The position numbers and the translations under genes were made by a program. Shown one piece after another: positions 47,211-59,362 of a DNA stretch of 64,000 nucleotides. The stretch comes from Eledone cirrhosa (taxonomy: Eukaryota). Location of the stretch: NCBI GenBank assembly GCA_964016885.1, contig OZ024743.1:320478001-320542000 (forward strand), given 5' to 3'. Position 1 is the first letter of the stretch. Every line of letters begins with the position of its first letter. Under the pieces are notes generated by a model. That model saw nothing but the letters and a program-made list of their open reading frames with translations, was not told the DNA's origin and did no database searches.

Positions 47211-50200
47211 GAATGCCATAGTTGACGGAGGCTCGGTTCTGTAAGGTATAGTAATTTTTAACCGCTATAACAATTGTAAATTGTTTAAAACTTGAACCAA
47301 ATTGTAGATAAAAACACCCTCCTCTTCGTGAGAGGGGTCTTTCTGCTCGTTATTTGGCCCTTCGGGGTTAAATAACCGCTTATTGGGGTTTTGTACCCAA
47401 TATTCATTTTAAACCGTAAAAAAAAACATGGCTGCAAAAAAGAATTTTCACAAGTCACTCCGACACTTTCCGTCTTCTTCTTCCTCAATCGTCATTGCAT
47501 CAGAGAGAAGATTGTCTCTCTCCCTCACTTCTCTAAATGTGGTGTCGCCTCTTTCGCCAGCGATGCCATTAAAGAAAAGTATAGTTTCTGGAAGCTTTCA
47601 CCAAGAGAACGGGCATACCATGGAACATTTCTCCACGACGACGACGACGAAAAATGTGTGCGGTAAATACGGAAAGCCATTTCATTCGTCTGACGTCATG
47701 AAGAATAGCAGCAGCAACAGTGACAAGGAAAACACTAGTAGCAGCCGCAACAACATCAGCAGTAGCATAAACAACAACAGCAGCAGCAGCAACAGCAACT
47801 ACAACAGCAACAGCAGCACCAACAACAACCACAGCAACAGCGGCGGCGACGGTCGTAGTACCTGCAGCAACAACAAAAGTAACAGCAGCTCTGACGACGA
47901 CAACAACAACAACAAGAAAGAAAAACCAATCTCGTTTGCAGGTATCGCAAAGAACCTGGAAACCATCCTTATAACAACTGAGAAATTACAGGAAGCAAAG
48001 AAGATGGTGATGAAAACCGGACACCGAGCAATCTGCAAGGCAGCCGAAAAACTTTTCGAAACCCAACAGCACTATACGGTCACGTACCGTACAGTAAACA
48101 CAAAATCACGTAGGGTTGAAAGAGCCACAGACGCTCAAATACAAAAAGCCTTAGGGTCTGTGTGGCAGCGGAAAACGTATATCACCCGAGGCAAGAAATA
48201 TGGCACCGTGGACGTACTTTTTGCCACAGCCCAGGAGGCAAAGGCTCAATCCCTAGTGACCCTAAGGAGCGAGGAAATGGTGTTGGTGCCCTCCTACTGC
48301 GGGCAAAAATTGCGAGGGTCAAACTGACCCCCCCCCCCGGATGGCCCCTTCTTCGCTGGCCGCATCTGTCCTCGTCGGAATCGAGGACAAAACAACTGTA
48401 CTGCAAGTACAGAAAAAAGTACGAGAAGATTGGGTCGGCACCTCCATTGACATGTTAATTCAAACCAGCCATCGAAGCTATCCCGGATGTGATAGACTTC
48501 GATAACGGCACTCAACTTCCCATAAGTGTTGAGGGCAAACGCCCGAAATGTTTTCGCTGTGGGTCGAAGACTCACCTCAGGGCCTTCTGCAATGAGAAGA
48601 CCCTCGAGAAAGGAGAAAACCCCCTCCTTCCGAAACCGGCTCCACTGCTACCAGCAACAGGACATGCGGCATGCAGGAAGGATAGGTCCGTGGTACCCAT
48701 ACCCACGCCACGGAAATCAAGAACAGCAGCAGTAGTGGAAGTATTAACAACAACAACAGTAATAGCAACTGCAGCTGGCAACAGAGACTCCACTGCAATC
48801 ATCACCAACAAGAACAAGTGAAAGAGTGGAGCTGGTACCCCTCCCCGACCTCACAGAATCGGACATAGAGTGTAAGGTGGGAGAGGGATGGCAAAAGGTC
48901 GCAAGAAGGCACAAACGCAGAGGCAGCGCATCGTCGCCTTCGAAAAGGGAGTGAAGAAATAAAAAAAGGGTAAAGGCTACTGCAAAGAGACTTACAGCAG
49001 CGACACCACCAGCACCATCACCACCCACACTAGCACCACCATCACCACCCACACTAGCACCACCATCACCACCGGCGGCAACCCCACCACCAACAATAAC
49101 AACAACACCTTCAACACCACCACCACAAGCACAAACATCGCAAACACAACAATAAAACACACACACCCAGTAACAACGACAAGAAAATAGCAGAATCACA
49201 CCCCACCCCCAGAAAAAGAAATGCACAGCAATAAATACACACAACAAGAAACTAATGACTTACATAATTGAACACACAGACATTTCACAGCACGACTACA
49301 TAATACCAGCACCAATCAAAACACCAACGAACATAAGACTGGTAAGAATATCACAGAAACAATCCACAAACATTAAAATAAGGAGGCACACTCAACCGGA
49401 GAGTATATTCGGATATACTCACAGAAGAGCCGACGACCAGCCGAAGGGACGATTCAACGGTGCCTTCACCAGACGATCAAGTGAAAAGGGATGGAGAAAC
49501 CATCCTTCCTCTACGAGAAGTAAGGTAAGTGGTCTATCCCATCTTTTCCACTCCATTTCAACATGACCTCACTCAGAATAGGCAGCATAAATGCGCGTGG
49601 CTTGGGGTCGTCATGGAAGCAGGGCCACCTGCTCAACGACCTCAGGTCACTAAACATAGATGTAGTGGCCATCAGCGAAACCAGAACCTCCGAAGCACGG
49701 GCCTCCGCACCGATCTGCGGCGGCTAAGATGTGTACGCATCTCCCAGCCATCCTAGATCGGGGGGTGGAGCTACTGTGCTTTTTCGGAGAGGTTGGATCT
49801 CGCCATACGGGCCATCTTCCTGGACCCAGAAGGTAGTATGTTGGTGGTGCTGGACGTGACCAGTGCAGAAGAGCAAGCTTTCAGCCTAGTGGCCGTCAAT
49901 GCCCCGACAGAAGCAGGACGGCCTGTTTTCTTCCGGCATCTGGAGACATTTCTAACTATTTGGAGTTAGTGGGCGACTGGAACAGGATCTTAGATGCACG
50001 CTGGCAGTGTGTGGGATTAGCGGATAGGGGAGGAGGGTGCAAGAGCCTCATCAAGCTGCTCAGGCGTTTTGAATTGTTTGACAGGTACCGATTGGATTTC
50101 CCGAATATGCCAATGTGGACTTGGACAAACCGTATCGAGTAATCCAGATCATATATAGATAGAGTATTTTGTAGGGAAATAGATAGGTCTAGCATAGGCG

Positions 50201-53200
50201 GTCCACAATTCAAGATAGTCAGCTACACGGACGACAAATTCGTAATCTGTGTGCTTGACTTAGATAGGCTTCATAGACGAGGACCCGGCTACTGGAAGCT
50301 AAACGCCTCCTTACCAGCGCGCAAGGCCTACAGAGACCGGATTAGCGAACTAGTTAAGCGGGCGTTGACGGGGCCATCGCCAACAAAAAGTGGTGGTTTG
50401 CTCTTAAAAGAGCGAGTAGAATAGAGTCCATTGGGTTTAGTAAGGCATTAGCAATGGAGAAAAATAGAGCAGAGGGAGAACTAGTTAGAAAATTAGACGA
50501 GGCGCTTAGCAAAGGCATCTCGCCCGAGGTACTAGCGACGAAATTGGCCTTTGACATATTCTTCAATGCAAAGCACGAAGGCTGCGTTGTCAGAGCTAAG
50601 GTGCGTGCTCTCAGACACGAGGGGACAAAAGCCGTTCAATGGGCCCGAGTGTTGGATGCGCATCGTGGCAACAAAGCCACGATCCGGTCTTTGGTGGACC
50701 ATGACGGGCGCATGCTACTCGATCCCAGGCAAATGTGCGAAGCTTTTCAGCGATATTTCGCACAGCTGTTCGGGGGCAGCGGCGGGCCGGAACGAGGGAT
50801 GGACTTTAGTGTCTACCTCGACGGACTGCCGCGGCTCTCGGCCACTGAGGCAGAGCGTTGCGAAAAGCCGATAACAGCCGCTGAAGTACGGGAGGCAATG
50901 ACTGGCTGCACAAGCGGTAAATGCCTGATTTGGATGGTCTGCCCTATGAACTTTACGTACAGATGCCAGACTTGTTCGGAGGCCTCTTGGCGGACGTCTA
51001 CTGCAACTGGCAACAGAACGGGAGAATTCCCACCTCTGTGAGCCGAGGAGCTGTGGCGCTGCTGAGGAAGGATCCGAACAACGGGGATAACAGATAATTT
51101 CAGGCCCATAACTCTGCTAAACACAGAGTTCAAGATTTTGGCCAAAGTGCTAGCAAAGAGGTTGGCGCTTGTCGTTGGTGGTCTGGTGGGAGAGGCACAG
51201 ACATGCGCCATTCCCGACAGATCCATCCACGACAACCTCCACCTCATGCGATACATCGTAGAGAGGGTAGCTAGGGAACCTGGCACGGGTGGGTCCTTGA
51301 TCAATTTAGATCAGTCGAAAGCTTTCGATAGTGTCGACCATCGTTACCTAGCGGCAGTCCTGAGGGCGGCTGGCTTTCGGCCCGTCTTCAGAGGCTGGAT
51401 CGCTGCCATGCACAGCGATATCTGCTCTGTGGTGAGAGTGAACGGTCACCTTTCGGAACCGTTCAACTACATGCGCTCGGTCCGCCAACGATGTCCCCTC
51501 TCGTCCCTATTGTACGTATTGACTCTCGAGCCATTACTGCACAAACTGGAGATGTTGAGGGGGTCCCGCGCGAACTAGGATGCGGAAGATCCGTGTCAGC
51601 ATATGCCGACGATGTCACCGTAGTGGTGTCGAACGCCAAACACATCGAGGCGATCGGCACTACACTAAGAGAATACGAAGCGGTGACAGGAGCAATGATC
51701 AACCAGGAAAAGTCAGTGGGCCTGCAGCTCGGCACATGGAGAGGCAGGTCCATGCCGTCCAACAGCGTGGTCGGGCGCTGGACGGACGGACCGGTTAAAT
51801 TGCTAGGGATCTGGTTCGGTCCAGACATCCAGACGGACAAAAGCTGGGACGAGGTGTGGCAGGGTGGCTTCTGTCACCCAGAAATGGGCCGAGAGGAAGC
51901 TATCTCTGAAAAGTCGAGCTGAGGTGGCTAACGCATACATCGCGTCCGTCATCTACTACCGCCTGACCGTCGTACCTTGTCCTAAGCCCCGCCTGACTGC
52001 GCTGGAGCGTTTGCTCTTTCGCTTCTTGTGGAAGGGACGCGCTCCGATGGTCAGGCGGTCCATCTGCTGTCAACACCCGCTACGTGGAGGGCTGGGCATG
52101 CCGTGGCTATTGATGCGCAGACACGCGCTCAGGCTACGACATCTCCACCTCTTCCTCGACGGTGATCAGGTGTGGTCGCCGTTTGCTAGACGCGTCTTTC
52201 CCCAGCTCGTCTCCTTGACGGAGCTGCAGTCCTGGGTCAAGCGAAGACCAAGAGGGATCGCTTGGAGATTGGAATGTCTTCAGGCGCTCACATCCCTCGA
52301 CCAATCGGGCAATGTGATCGGTGGAAACTCCACCTCGGCGTTCTATATAGGATTAGTGGAGGGGAAGAGCGACGACGTACTTGGGGAAACTCTAGTCTTC
52401 GACGAAAATTAACTAGCTAATCTCTTCGGAAGAACTTTCGGGCCGGGGCCTATGGACAACTTCCAGAAATCCCTGGCTTGGCAGTGCTACCGAGGAGCTT
52501 TTCCATTTCGGGATAAACGCTACAGATGTGGAGGTGCCGTCAGCCGGGCATGTCCGAGATGCGCGCAGGGCTACTAAACCGTCCTGCATACACTCGTCCA
52601 GTGTCCGAGCATTGCTGACTCGTGGGTTTATGTCGAACACCTGCTGTCGCGTGTAGGGCGGATCCGGCTATCAGCTGAGTCCATCAGGAGGATTGCCCCG
52701 CCCTCCTCCTTTAGCCGGGAAGGGCAGGCAGTTTTTATCTGTCTGGTGGCCATGGCGAAAGAGATAGTATGGTGGACACGTTTGAAAGGGCTGAATACGA
52801 GCACTTACCTCTTCGGTGATGCCCTGATTAACTTTTTCAAATTTCATTTGAAAAGTATAATCAGGGTAGAGAGGGAAGTGCTTTCTTCCCAGCACTTTGT
52901 TGAAAGATGGGTTGAGAGAAGCAAGAATGGCCCGAGTGAATGGGCCTACTCTGAGTATGTGTCTGTAAATTAAAGGTGGAAAACTGGGAGAGGGCACTTG
53001 CCCTGGTGGTCAGGGTCACTGTGGCCTTTTAATGGGCTTTCTCCACAAATGTCCCTTGGAAGACTCCCCCCTATTGGGGAATTTTTAATTGTTTTTTTTC
53101 TGTTACATCCTCTGTTTTTTTTTTTACACGCAGACATGCCCATTTGTACCGTCCTGTCTTGTCCTGTACTGTCCTTAATGTCTACTTTATGTAAACCCTT

Positions 53201-53220
53201 GTGGTTAATAAAGAAAGCAT
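47211..53220 (+). mobile_element. Tx1-like LINE (copy E): ORF1 47428-~49530, ORF2 49563-52969, disrupted
   Basis: ORF1 CFRCGSKTHLRAFC. ORF2 and 3' UTR are highly similar to copy C; (TTA)n on both sides. Confidence 0.95.
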
Positions 53221-53226
53221 TATTAT

Positions 53227-53645
53227 TCTTCGAAATGCTTTTAATTAAGTATACAGTGTATTGCAAAATGCACTATATATACATTCATATATATATCGCT
53301 ATTTCAAAGCACCAATTCTAATTTTCAATTTCTGCTTGACCGGCAACCAATCTGTATAATCAGTTCCTGATTATTACTAGAATTCTATAAGAATCAAACA
53401 GTCATGATTTTCAGCAAACAGGTGGAGTACTTAGCTTTGATAAGTACCAAAAAGTACGAGACAGAGCTCTGTCAGCTTTATCTCCCCTTGTTTGCTGAAA
53501 ATTTAAAGTAAGTGAGACTGTCACTACTCTAAAACAATAGCGTAAGGTCTTCGAAATGCTTTTAATTAAGCATACATTGGATTGCAAAATACACTATATA
53601 TACATTCATATATATATATCGCCATTCCAGAGCACCAATTCTAAT
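53227..53645 (+). mobile_element. Retrozyme-like 1.3-mer: 321-bp unit with HHR and ~96-bp terminal direct repeat
   Basis: 53227-53322 is repeated at 53548-53645; HHR in between; followed by (TA)n. Confidence 0.7.
53407..53502 (+). ncRNA. Type I hammerhead with extended stem I, U3:A8 core, GAGA in place of GAAA
   Basis: AGCU-UUGAUAA-GUAC CAAAAA GUAC-GAGA-CAGAGCUCUG-UC-AGCU (53433-53477), enclosed by UUUUCAGCAAACAGG / CCUUGUUUGCUGAAAA. Confidence 0.8.
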
Positions 53646-53797
53646 ATATATATATATCCAAATCGATACCGAAGTTGGGTCCATAACTCCTATGGGTCGC
53701 CTTGAGCCAATCCTCTGCGAAACGTGCGTAACAGGTTGATATGTAATATATATATATACAGGTTGATACGTAATATATATATATATATAATATATAT

Positions 53798-53834
<37 letters not shown>

Positions 53835-53945
53835 TAGCCATTTGACACACATCCCTGCTAACCATTATCACAACATCGAACACCTTACTACTACTACTAC
53901 TACACACACACACACACACATATTTGTTGTGAAAGAGTCATTTCT

Positions 53946-54193
53946 CAGTCTTGGCGCAAAATCAATTTTTTATTCACATGACCTCTACCGACCAATCAAA
54001 ATTGTTTTGACCACAAGAATTTTTGCAAACACCAAGTAGCGCTGGAGCCACTTTTTTAACATAAAAACAGTCTTGGCGCAAAATCAATTTTTTACATTCA
54101 CATGACCTCTACCGACCAATCAAAATTGTTTTGACCACAAGAATTTTTGCAACACAAAAGTAGCGCTGGGGCCACTTTTTTAACATAAAAACA
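53946..54193 (+). repeat. 122-bp tandem module x2 in the 5' pLTR of PLE-B
   Basis: Units start at 53946 and 54068. Confidence 0.92.
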
Positions 54194-54427
54194 GGTAGAA
54201 TTCCAAAAACTAATCAGATCAGAGCAAACAACACGGACACTCTATCTCAAAATTATTTTTGAAAAGCATTTAGAAATGCGCAACCGGTAAAAACTTAAAA
54301 ACTTAAAACCACAACTGAATACTAACCCATACAATTACTAATACTCTTTTATTCCTAATTAAACCATTTTTCAACTGTGAACAATTTGTCAGCATTTTCT
54401 ATTCCGTTTACCAATATATAATAACTT

Positions 54428-55792
54428 GTGTGTTACACCTCTATTCTTTTAACTATCATATCCTCACACGAGATACAGAAAAGGCCAACAAAAACGGATA
54501 CACCCCTCATCAACACAAATGGAGTGATCCTACAGGAACTCAAGAAAATCAACACCAACCTATCTTTGCTGGTCGACAAACTTGACTCCACAAATAAGGA
54601 AACCGCCACCGGATACAAACCCTCCGAAATCGGCGACAAACTCCAAAACCTTTGCGATACTATCCAAACTATGTTCACTACTACCAACCCAGGAAAAATC
54701 AACGAAGAACCATGTTAGATTGATTCATACAAAATGAAAATTCGAACAATTCCAAAATGCAACAAACCCCTCAGAGACTGAAAGTTCTCATTCTGGAAGA
54801 TGATACAAAATGACAACAAAGCAGCGATATATGAAAAATGGCTTTACTCAACCCCTCTAACTCTCCCCCGTAAACTACAAATAATGTCCATTCCAAATGA
54901 ACCCGAACCTCAAAGACACCTTAGGGAAAGAATTGCATTGGAAAAAATGAAGACAGAAATTGAACTTCTTAAACTGAGGGCCCAGACAAATGAGGAAAAA
55001 ATCAAAACCATCGATGAAGAGATCCTCCTGGAAATCAACAACAAAACTGAAGGCCCCAAGGTAGAGAAGAACTCCAAATTATGGAAAGGGGACTGCAACA
55101 GAGAAGAACTGAAATCCCTTCAACGCTGGGAAAAAAGTGCTGCTTGGTTCCTACACTAGGAATCGACTTTTCAAACGAATTACACCTCCAATAACCCGTT
55201 CATAAAAATAGGAAAACCCATAACTGAACCGCACAACAACTTCTCAAACCCCCAAGCCACTAACAAACGAAGAAGGAAGCACCACACCGAAGATGAACTT
55301 GCCAACATCGCTACCATAATAAGGAACAAAAACCCAAGAAATCATCTCCCCCAGAATGACATTTACAACTTTCCCCCTTCAAGGAGACACCATACCAAAT
55401 CACTCAACTACTACGCGGATGCCTCATCGTCAAACATAGGGAAAAGATACCACCACCTTGATAGATGTAACAACTTCCCCGCTTCAAGGGGACAGCAAGG
55501 TAATTACCATTTTCTCAACTCTCGCTTCCACAATACACAACAAACCCACACCACACGATACAACCAACAACGTAGGCCACTTAAATCACCACAATACAAC
55601 ATGGCACATAGAAACACACACCCATACTCGCAGTACAGGAATACCCTATTCAATCTACAACCACCAACCCGAACCACGTTTTACAACAACAAGGAATATA
55701 ACAAACACAGGAGACCACTTAACATCAGCAGATAACCCCTCTACCCCAACCATCTTTTAGACACAGCACACAGATACAGGCAAACAAAATAA
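54428..55792 (+). pseudogene. Putative ORF1 of PLE-B (coiled-coil-like plus hydrophilic low-complexity tail), one frame with four internal stops
   Basis: Manual translation: stops at 54716, 54779, 55157 and 55733, no frameshift needed. IYEKWLYSTPLTLPRKLQIMSIPNEPEPQ matches PLE-A IYETWLNSTPIILPKKLQIKPIPNEPENQ. Start codon is uncertain. Confidence 0.65.
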
Positions 55793-55929
55793 CACAAGAC
55801 AGGGAGGAGAAACCGATTGTAATAAAAATTATCAATCTTACTAGTGCAGAACCAACACCCAACCTTATCAACTTACTCTCCAAAGGTCTTAAATTCACAC
55901 CGACCCCACTACGTCCTAACTACTATGAA

Positions 55930-58077
55930 ATGAAGGAAGACATCACAGACTTCTGTAGAAAGTTACGACTTAGTGAACAACTATTCGACCAGTACAATGA
56001 GGATGAATCATTAGCCAGAAATAGAAGCAATTACACCCCTTCAAAAGGTAGAAATAAAATCCTGGACGAATTCTGTGAACACATCACAAACTTCCCTTAC
56101 CAACACTTGCACAGACAAAAACACAAGCCAAACCTCAACAAGAAAGAATGGGAAGAATTAAATAGATTAAAAACCGACAGAACCATTACAATTAAAGAGG
56201 CTGATAAAGGGAGTACAGTAGTCCTAATGGAGACAGAATTATATATCAACTTAGCGCTCTCCACTTTGGAAAACGAAACATACTACGAAAAGGCTGAACA
56301 CTACAATCAACAGAAAATTATGAGAAACCTAAAAACTCTAATCAACCAATACAAAGAAGGACTCACTAACAAGGAATTCAGCTTCATCACAGACTTCACA
56401 AGTAAATCCAGCCTTTTCTACGGTATCCCTAAAGTACATAAAAGCGAATTAATAAGTAAGGCATGCAAGGAAGCCACAGACATAGTCATCAATGTCCCCT
56501 CACCCAATGATATCAAATTAAGACCTATAATAGCAGGCCCAGCTTGCGAAACTCACCGCCTTAGCAACTTCATTGATACCCTTCTCAAACCCTTTCTCAA
56601 ACACATCAAAAGCTATATAAGGGACGACCTAGATATGCTCAATCACCTCCCTTATATGCCACTTTCTGAACAAACCCTACTAGTGACGTTCGATGTAGTC
56701 AACCTATACTCCAACATCCCCCACAACCTAGGAATAGAAGCTATCCAATTCTGGCTGGATAATTTCCACAATGAACTCCCACAACGCATCAAAAAAGAAT
56801 TCGTGATAGAGGGACTCAAATTTATCTTGGAGAACAATTACTTCGTTTTCAATACCAAACCCTACAGGCAGAAATCTGGGACCGCTATGGGAACGAAAAC
56901 AGCCCCCACTTATGCCAACCTAGTCATGGGATACCTGGAAATCACCCTCTACACTAAAGTCCTAAACAAATTTGGAAACACCCTCCACTTACACATTGAA
57001 AGGAACTGGAAGCGATATCTAGATGACTGCTTCATCCTTTGGCACGAAAATATTGAAAAACTTAAAGAATTTCACACCCTTATAGATGGCCTCAACACGA
57101 ATATTAACTTCACGATGGAATACAGCCATCAACAACTCCCCTTCCTCGACATCCTCATTAAGATCCATAACAAAAAAATAGAAACAGACATAAACTACAA
57201 GCCCACAGACTCCAAGCAATATCTCCCTTTCAACTCTTGCCACCCTAGACACGTTAAAATTAATATTCCCTACAACTTATCCAAGAGAATCTGTACTATA
57301 ATCTCCAATAAAAACACCTGCTACTTACGGCTACAAGAACTAAAGGACACACTCATAGGCAGGGACTACCCTGCATCACTAATTGACAATGGAATCCAAC
57401 GTGCCCTAAAACTCAGTACCCAGGACCTTAGACAACCTAAAGTAAATCAACCGAAACTAAAAGCTCTTCCATACATCTCCACACACAACCCCCTCAACAA
57501 TGAGGCCTTTGACACCATCCTCCAGAACATCCCTGTGTTGAAAAAGGACCATAGAATGAACCAAATCCTACGAACACACGATATCATAAAGAGCAAAAGA
57601 CAATCCAAGTCAATGAAAAACATCCTAACACATGCCAAAGTACTGCCAACCACAACAACGAAACCCACAGTAAAAAAATGCGATAGACCCAACTGTGGCA
57701 TTTGCATCAACCTAATAGAGGGTTCGGAATTCTATTTCAAAGAAGGACAACGTTTTATAGTAAAACACAATTTCACATGTGCATCGGAAAATCTAATATA
57801 TGTATTAACTTGCTCAGGTTGTCGAGAACAATACATAGGTCAGACCAAAAACAGCATCCGCCAACACATGACTGTCCATAGATCCCAAATTAAAATACGG
57901 GAATACAGGAAAATACCACTGAGTGAAAACATTGATACCTGTGCCGCCCCAAATCATCCCAACTTCAGAATCTTTCCCCTCTACAAATTTAAAGTTAATG
58001 CCACCCACACCCAGCGCATCAGCAAGGAATCTTACTTCATTAACAAATACGGACCCCGTCTAAACACTTCTCCCTAA
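55930..58077 (+). CDS. PLE reverse transcriptase + Cys linker + GIY-YIG endonuclease (frame open from 55702)
   Basis: LSKGLKFTPTP upstream of the first ATG, KEADKG, YGIPKVHK, LRPIIA, FDVVNLYSNIP, GTAMGT, RYLDD, CDRPNCGIC, LIY..YIGQT. The GIY-YIG Arg seen in PLE-A (RNRM) reads RQHM here. Confidence 0.92.
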   Translation: MKEDITDFCRKLRLSEQLFDQYNEDESLARNRSNYTPSKGRNKILDEFCEHITNFPYQHLHRQKHKPNLNKKEWEELNRLKTDRTITIKEADKGSTVVLMETELYINLALSTLENETYYEKAEHYNQQKIMRNLKTLINQYKEGLTNKEFSFITDFTSKSSLFYGIPKVHKSELISKACKEATDIVINVPSPNDIKLRPIIAGPACETHRLSNFIDTLLKPFLKHIKSYIRDDLDMLNHLPYMPLSEQTLLVTFDVVNLYSNIPHNLGIEAIQFWLDNFHNELPQRIKKEFVIEGLKFILENNYFVFNTKPYRQKSGTAMGTKTAPTYANLVMGYLEITLYTKVLNKFGNTLHLHIERNWKRYLDDCFILWHENIEKLKEFHTLIDGLNTNINFTMEYSHQQLPFLDILIKIHNKKIETDINYKPTDSKQYLPFNSCHPRHVKINIPYNLSKRICTIISNKNTCYLRLQELKDTLIGRDYPASLIDNGIQRALKLSTQDLRQPKVNQPKLKALPYISTHNPLNNEAFDTILQNIPVLKKDHRMNQILRTHDIIKSKRQSKSMKNILTHAKVLPTTTTKPTVKKCDRPNCGICINLIEGSEFYFKEGQRFIVKHNFTCASENLIYVLTCSGCREQYIGQTKNSIRQHMTVHRSQIKIREYRKIPLSENIDTCAAPNHPNFRIFPLYKFKVNATHTQRISKESYFINKYGPRLNTSP

Positions 58078-58400
58078 GACGAACTCACAACATACACACG
58101 TCAACATACATACCTACATCAGCACACATCTCTACCCACATATAAACACAATGACATACGTAAACACACATGCTCTATGGTGCAACACAAAAAAATATAT
58201 GTGTATATATATATATATGTATATATGTATATATAGTGAATATATGTGTATATATATATATATATGTATAGTGAATATCATTTCACACCTCTTATTGTTA
58301 AGATTTTTGATGAACCGATTTTACTGAAAAAATCGAATTATGTACACCATTTTACCAGGGGGAAAAAAATACTGGTCCACCCACACACACACACACACAT

Positions 58401-58451
<51 letters not shown>

Positions 58452-58778
58452 CGTACATTAACATACAAAGAGACTTATACACACACACGCACACACACAC
58501 ACACACACACTTCTCCGTATAAGACAAAAGCTGAAAAACATCTTTTGACATGCTATAATACCCCCACTGCTTACAGACACATTCCTACTGATCATCCCTG
58601 CTACCACGAATTACTCTGCTATACACACACACACACACACACACAAACACACACACTACTTATCTTAATAGCCATTTGACACACATCCCTGCTAACCATT
58701 ATCACAACATCAACCACCTTACTACTACTACTACACACACACACACACACACACATTTGTTGTGAAAGAGTCATTTCT

Positions 58779-59146
58779 CAGTCTTGGCGCAAAATCAATT
58801 TTTTATTCACATGACCTCTACCGACTAATCAAAATTGTTTTGACCACAAGAATTTTTGCAAACACCAAGTAGCGCTGGTACCACTTTTTTAACATAAAAA
58901 CAGTCTTGGCGCAAAATCAATTTTTTATTCACATGACCTCTACCAACCAATCAAAATTGTTTTGACCACAAGAATTTTTGCAAACACCAAGTAGCGCTGG
59001 TACCACTTTTTTAACATAAAAACAGTCTTGGCGCAAAATCAATGTTTTATTCACATGAACTCTACCGACCAATCAAAATTGTTTTGACCACAAGAATTTT
59101 TGCAACACCAAAGTAGCGCTGGAGCCACTTTTTTAACATAAAAACA
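58779..59146 (+). repeat. 122-bp tandem module x3 in the 3' pLTR of PLE-B
   Basis: Units start at 58779, 58901 and 59023. Confidence 0.92.
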
Positions 59147-59362
59147 GGTAGAATCCCAAAACTAATCAGATCAGAGCAAACAACACGGACTCTCTATCTC
59201 AAAATTATTTTTGAAAAGCATTTAGAAATTCGCAACCGGTAAAAACTTAAAAACTTAAAACTACAACTGAATACTAACCCATACAATTACTAATACTCTT
59301 TTATTCCTAATTAAACCATTTTTCAACTGTGAACAATTTGTCAGCATTTTCTATTCCGTTCA

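Noticed and set aside
53660-53745. GAAACGTGCGTA HHR-like half
   Set aside because: Only the 3' half is present, with no core or stem partner; at most a truncated PLE tail.
58779-59146. 122-bp repeats as a CRISPR array or SECIS element
   Set aside because: There are no unique spacers or cas genes, the ATGA..GA segment lacks the SECIS helix, and no Sec-type TGA is present in the RT ORF.
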